Assembly: GCA_018365375.1 (NCBI GenBank)
Contig: JAGZKE010000007.1
Span: 10,755-74,754 of the forward strand
DNA length: 64,000 nt
Direction of reading: 5' to 3'
DNA from: Collinsella sp.
GTDB lineage: Bacteria > Actinomycetota > Coriobacteriia > Coriobacteriales > Coriobacteriaceae
This document shows positions 55,443-64,000 of the stretch, piece after piece. The first letter of the stretch is position 1; each line of letters begins with the position of its first letter. The position numbers and the translations under genes were made by a program. Under the pieces are notes generated by a model. The model saw only the letters and a list, made by a program, of their open reading frames with translations, ran no database searches and was not told where the DNA came from.

Positions 55443-57299
55443 CTACTCCTCGCCCTCGAGCTTTTCGCTCGCCTCGAGCCACGCCATCTCCAGCTCGTCC
55501 ATGGCGGCGTGAGCCTCGTCGATCTTTGCCTGCTGCTCGCCGAGCGCCGTGTAGTTGGTGGGATCGACCTGGGCCATGGCGGCCTCGGCCTCCTCCACGC
55601 GGGCGCGCTGCGTCTCCATCTTGCGCTCGAGCGAGCTCACCTCGCGGCGGAGCTTCTGACGCTCGGCGTTGGAAAGGCCGTTGGGCTGACCGCTCGACTT
55701 GGGCTTGTCGGCAGCAGCCGCCGCACCGGTGTCGAACGTGCCGGTCTTAGCGCTCGGCGCGCCCACGGGCTCGCCCTCGGCGGTAGCGTTGCACAGGCGC
55801 AGGTACTGGTCCACGCCGCCGGGCATATGCGTCAGATGGCCATCGAGCAGTGCCCACTGTTGGTCTGTCACGCGCTCCATCAAAAAGCGATCGTGTGTCA
55901 CCAGGATCAGCGTGCCGGGCCAGCCGTCCAGCAGGTCCTCGACAATCGCGAGCATGTCGGTATCCAGGTCGTTGCCCGGCTCGTCCAGGATGAGCACGTT
56001 GGGCTCGTCCAGAATCGTCAGCAACAGCGACAGGCGACGGCGCTGGCCGCCCGAAAGATCGCCGATGCGGCTCCAGAGCTGCTGCGTCGTAAAGCCCAGA
56101 CGCTCGCAGAGCTTCTCGGGCGAAGTCTCCTTGCCGTCGATGACGTAGTACTTCTTATAGTTGCCGAGCACCTCGCGGATCGTGTCGCCCATGTAGGGTT
56201 CGAGCTCCTCGAGCTGCTGCGACAGCACGCCAAAGCGCACTGTCTGGCCAATCTTCACGCGGCCGCGCGTGGGTTCAATCTTGCCCTGGATCACGTCGAG
56301 CAGCGTCGACTTGCCGGCACCGTTCTCGCCCAGCAGGCCATAGCGGTCGCCCGCACCAATGAGCCAGGTCACGTCAGAGAGCACCTGCTTGGGCGCGCCA
56401 TCGGTATCCGCATAGCCGGCGTCCACGTCGACCACACCGATAACCTGCTTGCCCAGGCGGCTCACGGCGAGGCGCTTGAGCTCCAGCTCGTCACGCACGG
56501 GCGGCACGTCGGCGATCAGCTCGCGAGCGGCATCAACGCGAAACTTGGGCTTGGTGGAACGCGCCTGGGCGCCGCGGCTCAGCCACGCGAGCTCCTTGCG
56601 CGCCATGTTGCGACGGCGTTCCTCGGTAACCGCGGCCATGCGGTCGCGCTCCACGCGCTGCAGGATATATGCGGAGTAGCCGCCCTCGAAGGGATCGACC
56701 TGGCCGTCGTGGACCTCCCACATGCTGGTGCAGACCTCGTCCAAGAACCAGCGATCGTGCGTGACCACGAGCATTGCGCCCTGACCGCGCTGCCAGCGAG
56801 CCTTAAGATGGCGTGCAAGCCAGTTGATGGTGCGCATGTCCAGATGGTTAGTGGGCTCGTCGAGCATGAGCACGTCGTAGTCGCCGATCAACAGGCGCGC
56901 GAGGTCCACGCGGCGGCGCTGGCCACCCGAAAGCTCGCCCACCGTGCCCTCCCAGGGCACATCGCTAATGAGACCGGCGAGGATCTGGCGCGTGCGGGGG
57001 CTCGACGCCCACTCATACTCGGGCGTGTCGCCCACGACGGCATGGTGCACGGTGTCGGTGTCGACAAGCTGGTCCTTTTGGCCGAGCAGGCCGATCGTGG
57101 TGCCGCGACGATGCGTCACGCGGCCGTCGTCGGGCTCCAGCGTGCCGGCGAGCACGCTCAGCAGCGTCGACTTGCCGTCGCCGTTTTTACCGACAATACC
57201 AATACGGTCGCCCTCGCCCACGCCGAGCGTCACGCTATCGAAAATATGCTTGGTGGGAAACTCTAGGCTGACGGAATCGCATCCCAAAAGAATCGCCAT
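55443..57299 (-). CDS. ABC-F family ATPase (Uup-like)
   Basis: Two NBDs (GKNGDGKST, GENGAGKST, LSGGQ x2), no TM segments, C-terminal coiled coil. Confidence 0.92.
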   Translation of the reverse strand: MAILLGCDSVSLEFPTKHIFDSVTLGVGEGDRIGIVGKNGDGKSTLLSVLAGTLEPDDGRVTHRRGTTIGLLGQKDQLVDTDTVHHAVVGDTPEYEWASSPRTRQILAGLISDVPWEGTVGELSGGQRRRVDLARLLIGDYDVLMLDEPTNHLDMRTINWLARHLKARWQRGQGAMLVVTHDRWFLDEVCTSMWEVHDGQVDPFEGGYSAYILQRVERDRMAAVTEERRRNMARKELAWLSRGAQARSTKPKFRVDAARELIADVPPVRDELELKRLAVSRLGKQVIGVVDVDAGYADTDGAPKQVLSDVTWLIGAGDRYGLLGENGAGKSTLLDVIQGKIEPTRGRVKIGQTVRFGVLSQQLEELEPYMGDTIREVLGNYKKYYVIDGKETSPEKLCERLGFTTQQLWSRIGDLSGGQRRRLSLLLTILDEPNVLILDEPGNDLDTDMLAIVEDLLDGWPGTLILVTHDRFLMERVTDQQWALLDGHLTHMPGGVDQYLRLCNATAEGEPVGAPSAKTGTFDTGAAAAADKPKSSGQPNGLSNAERQKLRREVSSLERKMETQRARVEEAEAAMAQVDPTNYTALGEQQAKIDEAHAAMDELEMAWLEASEKLEGEE

Positions 57300-57462
57300 A
57301 TGCCCTGCTCCTTCGTAGAAATTCAACGTTGTCCATAATAGCAGCGAAAAGGCGGGCCGCACACGACACAAAAAGGCGGGCCATCTCCCAAAAGAGATGA
57401 CCCGCCTCTCCAATCAGTCCCGTGGCAACCGTGGCCGCCGCGGGCCTCAAGCATGTCCCGGA

Positions 57463-58331
<869 letters not shown>

Positions 58332-58335
<4 letters not shown>

Positions 58336-59258
58336 TCGGCCGTCATCTTCCTTGCCAGTTGCTTGCCCACAATGCGGGCGATTACGTTAAACAGCAGCAC
58401 GCAAATCATCAGCAGCGCCGCGGTGCCCCAGACGATCTGCTGGGCCTCGGGGCTGCCTTCGCCATAGATCTTGTAGATGTGCACGGCGAGCGACTCGCCG
58501 GGGCGGAACACGTTCCAGGCGCAGGTGGGGCTCGACAGGTTAAAGCTCAAGAAGTTCAGGCGAACCGGCGAGCTCATGCCCGAGGTAAAGAGCAGTGCTG
58601 CGGCCTCGCCAAACACACGGCCGGCCGAAAGCACGATGCCGGTCACGATAGCGGGCATGGCCTCGGGGATCAGGATGTGCAGCGTGGCCTCCCAGCGAGT
58701 GAGGCCCATGGCCAGGCACGCATCGCGCTGGGCCTGCGGCACGTCCTCGAGCGCCTGCTGGATCACGCGCACCAGGATGGGGATGTTGAACATGGTGAGC
58801 GCGACGGCGCCGGAGATGATGGAGTACTTCCAGCCCAGCTGCACCGAGAACACCAGAAAGCCGAACATGCCGACGACGATGGAAGGCAGCGAGGACAGCG
58901 TCTCGATGGCGGTAGAGGCGATGTCGCGGATAGGGCCGTTCGGCGCGTACTCAACCAGGAAGACCGCTCCGCCTAGGCTGATGGGCACCGAGATGATCAG
59001 AGTGATCAGCAGCAGGTAGAACGAGTCGAACAGCTGGTAGAGCACGCCGCCCTGCGTTCCGTTGGCGCGCGACGGCTCTGTGAGAAAGCCCGGCTGGAAC
59101 AGCGTCGAGATGCCCTCGAACAGGATATAGGCCACCATGGAGATGACGATGAGCATGACGATGGCGACGATCGCCGTCAGCACGCCCGTGGCGATGCGAT
59201 CCTGCTTTTGGACACGCCCGAGCCTCGCCTCGTCGATGTGGATGCGCGTGCTAGCCAC
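58332..59258 (-). CDS. pstA: Phosphate ABC transporter permease
   Basis: 'LSSLPSIVVG', 'GRVFGEAAAL'; operon context. Confidence 0.93.
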
Positions 59259-60159
59259 GAGCCTTCGCCCCCTTGCGGCCAATGAGATGGATGATCAGGA
59301 TGAAGATGAGGCTCATGCCCATCAGCAGCAGACCGAGTGCCCACAGGACGTCGTCCTGGGCCGAGCCCTCGGCGTAGACCGCCATGGACGTGGTGAGCGT
59401 GGTGGTGATGGTGGACGCCGGCGACAGCAGCGACGTCGGCATGGCCTCGATGCCGCCGATTACCATGCGCACGGCGAGCGTCTCGCCAAAGGCGCGGGTC
59501 ATACCCAGGATGACCGCAGTCATGAGCGACGGCATGGCAGACTTGAGCACCACGTGCCAGATGGTCTGCCAGCGGGTGTAGCCCAGCGCGAGCGAGCCCT
59601 GACGGTAGCTGTCGGGCACGGCACGCAGGCCATCGACCGAAAGCGTGGTCATCGTCGGCAGGATCATGACGGCCAGCACGATGGCGCCGGGCAAGATGCC
59701 CAGACCCGTGCTCACATGGAAAACGCTCTTCATAAGGCCGACGACCACGTGAAAGCCAATAAGGCCAAAGACGACCGAGGGAATACCGGTCAAAAGCTCA
59801 ATAAGCGGCTGAAAGATCTTGGAACCAAACTTAGGGCTAATCTCGACCGCAAAGATGGCAGAGCCGATGGCGATGGGCAGCGCGATGAGCGTGGAGAGCA
59901 CCATGACCGCAAACGAGGTGACGATCAGGGGCAGGGCGCCGGTGTAGGGCAGGCCGTTTTTGGCCGTGTTGGCCAGGTCCCACTTGGTGCCGGTGAAGAA
60001 CTCGACGACCGAGACGCCGTCCTTGATAAAAGCCGAGAGGCCCTTTTGGGCGACCATAAAGATGAGCGCGGCAACGACAAGCGTCACGAGCGCTACGCAC
60101 GCGCCCGTGACGCCCAGGCCCACGTTCTCAAGATCGCGCTTTGGCAGCTGTTTTGCCAT
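59251..60159 (-). CDS. pstC: Phosphate ABC transporter permease
   Basis: 'ELLTGIPSVVFG', 'MILPT', 'RAFGETLAV'. Confidence 0.93.
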   Translation of the reverse strand: MAKQLPKRDLENVGLGVTGACVALVTLVVAALIFMVAQKGLSAFIKDGVSVVEFFTGTKWDLANTAKNGLPYTGALPLIVTSFAVMVLSTLIALPIAIGSAIFAVEISPKFGSKIFQPLIELLTGIPSVVFGLIGFHVVVGLMKSVFHVSTGLGILPGAIVLAVMILPTMTTLSVDGLRAVPDSYRQGSLALGYTRWQTIWHVVLKSAMPSLMTAVILGMTRAFGETLAVRMVIGGIEAMPTSLLSPASTITTTLTTSMAVYAEGSAQDDVLWALGLLLMGMSLIFILIIHLIGRKGAKARG

Positions 60160-60183
60160 TGCAAACCTTTCCGGGGCGATTAT

Positions 60184-61122
60184 TTATTTAGCAGAGACCT
60201 TGCCGCTGGCGTCCTTGACGACCTTCATGGCAGAGACGGGGATGAAGCCCTGCTCCTCGACGAGCTTGCCCTGGACGTCGTCGGAGAGCATGAACTCCAG
60301 GAAGGCCTTGGTGGCCTCGTCGGCGTCCTTTGCGCAGTACATGTGCTCGGTAGCCCAGATCTTGAAGGAGTCGTCGGTGACATTCTTGCTCTTGGGCTCG
60401 ACACCCTCGACCTTGATGGCGTTGAACTTGGAGTCATCAAAGTGTGAGAAATCGAGGTAGGAGATGGCGTTGTCGGTGCTGCCCATCTGAGTCTGGACGT
60501 CGCCTGATTTGTCGAGCTCGGCGTCGCCCTTAAAGTCGACGGCCTCGTCGCCAAAGACGGCAGCCTCGAAGGTGGCGCGGGTACCGGAGCCGGCCTTGCG
60601 ATTGAGCACGACGATGGTAGCGTCGTCGCCGCCGACCTCCTTCCAGTTGGTAATCTGACCGGAGAAGATACCCTTGAGCTGCTCGAGGGACAGGTCGTCG
60701 ACCGTCACGTTCTTGGAAACGACGGGGCCCATGCCCACGACGGCAACCTCGTGGTCGACGAGGTTCTTGACCTGGTCGGCCTCGAGCTTGGTCTCGGCGA
60801 AGACGTCGGAGTTGCCGATGGTGACGGTGCCGGCGGCAACAGCGGTCAGGCCCTTGCCCGAACCGTTACCCGAGCCGGAGACGGAGACATCGGGGTTGGC
60901 GTCCATGAACTTCTCGGCAGCGGCCTCGACGAGAGCCTGGAACGAAGAGGCACCGTCGTAAGTCACCTCGCCGGAGACGGACTCGGCAGCAGCGGCGCTA
61001 CCCTTGTCGGCGGCATCGGATGCGCCGGAGCCGCCGCAACCAACGAGACCGAGACCGACGATGCTGGCAAAACCACCAGCGAGGCCGAGGAACTGACGAC
61101 GAGAATAAGCCTGATCGAGCAT
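60184..61122 (-). CDS. pstS: Phosphate-binding lipoprotein
   Basis: Signal 'SRRQFLG...LVGC', 'GSGKG', 'GSGTRATF'; heads the pst operon. Confidence 0.9.
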   Translation of the reverse strand: MLDQAYSRRQFLGLAGGFASIVGLGLVGCGGSGASDAADKGSAAAAESVSGEVTYDGASSFQALVEAAAEKFMDANPDVSVSGSGNGSGKGLTAVAAGTVTIGNSDVFAETKLEADQVKNLVDHEVAVVGMGPVVSKNVTVDDLSLEQLKGIFSGQITNWKEVGGDDATIVVLNRKAGSGTRATFEAAVFGDEAVDFKGDAELDKSGDVQTQMGSTDNAISYLDFSHFDDSKFNAIKVEGVEPKSKNVTDDSFKIWATEHMYCAKDADEATKAFLEFMLSDDVQGKLVEEQGFIPVSAMKVVKDASGKVSAK

Positions 61123-61264
61123 GATCTTCCTTTCATACATGCGACTCGCGGGCACCCCACCCGCTTTGCTGTTTGGAAAGATACGGCCCCGACCGGGCAG
61201 CGTCCGCGCCAACTACGGTTTCTTACGGGCATTTGATAGACCCTTACCGCAAGCGCAGCACGGC

Positions 61265-61284
61265 CTTTACAAACGAATAACAAA
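61265..61284 (-). promoter_or_regulatory. Pho-box-like direct repeat
   Basis: Minus strand TTGTTAT-TCGT-TTGTAAA, 11-bp period, ~150 bp upstream of pstS. Confidence 0.45.
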
Positions 61285-61326
61285 CCCGCCACCAAGCATG
61301 ACCCGCCTTTTACACCAATAAAAACA

Positions 61327-61395
61327 AAGTTGCGGTGAAATAGTTCCTGCTTGGCCATCAAATGGCCCATTCTAGGAACTATTCCACCGCAACTT
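61327..61395. repeat. Palindromic element, AGTTGCGGTG family, copy 2
   Basis: aagttgcggtgaaatagttcct / aggaactattccaccgcaactt. Confidence 0.85.
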
Positions 61396-61416
61396 AGATT
61401 GGGAAACCGCGAGACC

Positions 61417-62853
61417 TTAAAGCTCTAATTCATTCAAACGGAGGATCGCAACAATATAGATCTTGAGCGCCTGCTTGAGCTGTTCTTCGCTGGCACACTC
61501 GTTGGGGCCGTGCATCTGGCCGCCCCACGCGGGCAGCTCCAGGCCGGTCTCTTCGGGGCCAAACGAGACGGCGCGGGCAAAGTTGCGCGCGTACGTGCCG
61601 CCGCCCATGGCAAAGGGCTCAGCATGCTTGCCCGTAAACTCGTTATAGGTATCAATAAGCGCCTTCACGGCCGGATCGTCGGCAGACACCGAGAACGGCA
61701 CTTTCGCGCGACCCAGCTGGCACGTCACGCCAAAACGGCCCACGAGCGGGTCGAGCTGCTCGCGGATGGTATCGGCACTCGTGCTGTCAGGGAAGCGCAC
61801 GTCGATGACCTGCTCAATATGGCCATCCGCCACGCGGATGACGCCAGCGTTGCAGGTAAGCGGGCCAAACGCCGGACTCGTCGCATCGATACCCAGGCCG
61901 CGGCCATAGGCATCCGCATGCACAAAGGCCAGGAACTTGACGAACTCGTGCTCGGCAGGCGTCAGCAGGCGCTCGTCGCGTGCACCAAACGCGTCCTCGG
62001 CCTCGCGCAGATACGACACAATCAGGCCGACGGCGTTGATGGTGCCCGCAGGCATCGAAGCGTGGCCGCCAATACCGTGGGCGAAAATCTGCACATGACC
62101 ATTGTCGAGTGCTGTGATCTCCAGGCGGTCGGCGTTGTCGACCGGCGCCGGCAGCTCATCGGCGGCAATCGCGAGCTCGCAGATGGACTGCGACGGAATG
62201 GCGTTGCTCGCCTCGGCACCGCTCCAGGACACAATGCGCCCGCCGTCGATCTTGGGGCTCACAAACGTCGCCCCAAACTGGCCCTTCTCGGCATTGCAGA
62301 CCGGGAACTCGGCATCGGGCGTAAACAAAAAGTCGGGGTCTGCGTGGTTCTCCAGATAATGGTGAACGTCGGACATGCCCACTTCCTCATCGCAGCCCAG
62401 CAGCGTGCGGAAGGTGTAGCGCGGAACGATGCCGTGCTTGAGCAGGTAGGCGCCGGCGTAGAGCGACAGCACGGCCGGACCCTTGTCGTCGATCACGCCG
62501 CGGCCGAGCAGCCAGCCCTCGCGACGCTCCATCGCAAACGGGTCGGTGTTCCAGCCGGGGCCAGCGGGTACCACGTCAACATGGCAGATAGTCGCAAGCT
62601 GCTTATCGCCGCGGCCCGGGATATCGGCAATGCCCACATACCCATCGTCGTCGCTCGTTTGATAGCCGAGCTTCTGCGCGATGCCGAGCGCGCAATCGAG
62701 CGCGTCACGGACCGGGCGGCCAAACGGCGCGCCGGGCTCCGCATCGGCAGCAACGGCCACGGACGGATAGCTCACCAGCTGCTCGATATCGGCGACGACA
62801 TCCTCCCAGACCTCGTCGACATACTCGGCAACGCTCTGCTCCACCTGATTCAT
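61417..62853 (-). CDS. PepV/Sapep family dipeptidase (M20A)
   Basis: 'HVDVVP', 'GRGVIDDKGP', 'DEE', 'PDAEFP', 'GGGTYAR', 'HGPNE'. Confidence 0.92.
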   Translation of the reverse strand: MNQVEQSVAEYVDEVWEDVVADIEQLVSYPSVAVAADAEPGAPFGRPVRDALDCALGIAQKLGYQTSDDDGYVGIADIPGRGDKQLATICHVDVVPAGPGWNTDPFAMERREGWLLGRGVIDDKGPAVLSLYAGAYLLKHGIVPRYTFRTLLGCDEEVGMSDVHHYLENHADPDFLFTPDAEFPVCNAEKGQFGATFVSPKIDGGRIVSWSGAEASNAIPSQSICELAIAADELPAPVDNADRLEITALDNGHVQIFAHGIGGHASMPAGTINAVGLIVSYLREAEDAFGARDERLLTPAEHEFVKFLAFVHADAYGRGLGIDATSPAFGPLTCNAGVIRVADGHIEQVIDVRFPDSTSADTIREQLDPLVGRFGVTCQLGRAKVPFSVSADDPAVKALIDTYNEFTGKHAEPFAMGGGTYARNFARAVSFGPEETGLELPAWGGQMHGPNECASEEQLKQALKIYIVAILRLNELEL

Positions 62854-62907
62854 GGACGACCTCCTTACCAATGAGCGGCGAGCGTGCCCGCCCCTCACAT
62901 CAAATAC

Positions 62908-63576
62908 TTATATAGCGAAAAGTTTAGCAAGCTCCGCCACCGAGTGCACCACCGCATCGGCGCCCGCAGCCTCGTGCTCCCCCGGCGCCGCCGCACCCGA
63001 ATAGATGCCAATGCACGGCACGCCCATCGCGTGCGCGCCCTCCACATCGTTAAAGCGGTCGCCAATCATCACGGCCTCGTCCGCGGTCGCGCCCAGGGCC
63101 GCCAGCGCATCGCGGACCGAATCCGCCTTGGTCTCGCGGCCCTGCGGCGGATTCATGCCAACCACGGCCTCAAACTGAGAAAGCCCCAGTTCACCCACCA
63201 TGTCAACGCACTTTGCCTCCATGCGCGACGTCGCCACGGCCAAGCGCTTGCCCTGGGCGACCAACCCATCGAGCAGCTCGGGAATTCCATCGAACACGGG
63301 ATACTCTTCCGGTCCCAGCTCATCAAAAAAGGAACGGTACTCGTCGGCCACCACAAGCGACTCCTCGCGGGAGAAGCCATAAAAGTCGTGAAAGCTCTTC
63401 CACAGCGGAGGCCCGATCATACGGCGCAGATCACCCATCTGCGCCTCCGAAAACCCGCGCGCGGCCAACGTCTTGCGCGTCGAGGTCATCACCGCCCGAC
63501 CCGTATCGGCCACCGTGCCATCGAAATCAAACAGCACGATCGGCCGCTTGCATATCTCCAGCGCCTCCATCGGCAT
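62908..63576 (-). CDS. HAD-IA family hydrolase
   Basis: 'LFDFDGTVAD', 'IGPPL', 'VATS', 'MIGDRFNDVEGA'; start uncertain. Confidence 0.9.
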   Translation of the reverse strand: MPMEALEICKRPIVLFDFDGTVADTGRAVMTSTRKTLAARGFSEAQMGDLRRMIGPPLWKSFHDFYGFSREESLVVADEYRSFFDELGPEEYPVFDGIPELLDGLVAQGKRLAVATSRMEAKCVDMVGELGLSQFEAVVGMNPPQGRETKADSVRDALAALGATADEAVMIGDRFNDVEGAHAMGVPCIGIYSGAAAPGEHEAAGADAVVHSVAELAKLFAI

Positions 63577-63726
63577 CACTCTTCCCCAGTTGATGATTTC
63601 CACACCGTCGCTTCAAACTGTTGACTATTCAACAATTGAACCTAGTAATGTGGAACGACTCTACTATACTTGTCGCACTTTGCTCTCAGAAGGCGGCGCG
63701 CAAGCGCCCCAACGAAAGGTGCAATT

Positions 63727-64000
63727 ATGTCTTTTGCCATCATAACCGACTCCACGTCGGACATCTCCCCCGCCCGCGCCCAAGAGCTCGGCATTTACGT
63801 GATTCCGCTGCATGTGATTATCGAGGGCGAGGACCTGCTCGACCAGGTGCAGATTACCGCCCAGGAGTACGTCGCCCGCATGGCCGGTTCCGAGCAACTG
63901 CCGCACACCTCGCAGCCGAGCGCCGGCGAGTTCAAGGCACTCTTTGACCGCGTGCTCGCCGACGGCCACGACAGCGCCATCTTTATCTCGCTGTGCAGCG
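63727..64000 (+). CDS. DegV family protein (3'-truncated by window; absent from the ORF track)
   Basis: Translates as MSFAIITDSTSDISP...LPHTSQPS; SD GAAAGG. Confidence 0.88.
   Translation, partial: MSFAIITDSTSDISPARAQELGIYVIPLHVIIEGEDLLDQVQITAQEYVARMAGSEQLPHTSQPSAGEFKALFDRVLADGHDSAIFISLCS

Noticed and set aside
9774..57266. Long antisense ORFs, e.g. 9774-11369, 11779-13662, 16519-17997, 21026-22438, 55230-57266
   Set aside because: They mirror well-supported genes on the opposite strand, as expected in high-GC DNA with strong codon bias; no recognisable motifs

Overview
A GC-rich bacterial chromosomal segment. Gene content, the lipoprotein signal style and a Rho with a long N-terminal insertion suggest a gut Coriobacteriia/Collinsella-like organism (inference). 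Most of it is housekeeping: NifU-like/GGGtGRT pair, rho, argS, carD, proA/proB, pncB, trpS, pckA, lctP, serC-serA, pstSCAB, an ArsR-HMA-P1B ATPase metal locus, four tRNAs and a probable 6S RNA. I saw no CRISPR array, prophage or classical DDE IS. The unusual content is intergenic. (1) A REP-associated HUH tyrosine transposase (RAYT) is bracketed by inverted palindromes. (2) About 17 sites carry short palindromes from at least six unrelated stem families that all hold GGGAC in the loop and often start at a stop codon. (3) A second class of longer inverted-repeat elements shares an internal ACCTGCGGTTTT motif; a related element lies directly behind a Vsr/DUF559-like nuclease gene. (4) About 178-bp repeats follow tRNA-Lys. 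(5) A guanidine-IV-like riboswitch precedes a B3/B4 tRNA-editing gene. (6) Several operators can be read by eye (SmtB/ArsR, DtxR/MntR-like, Pho-box-like). All calls come from visual motif recognition; no searches were run.
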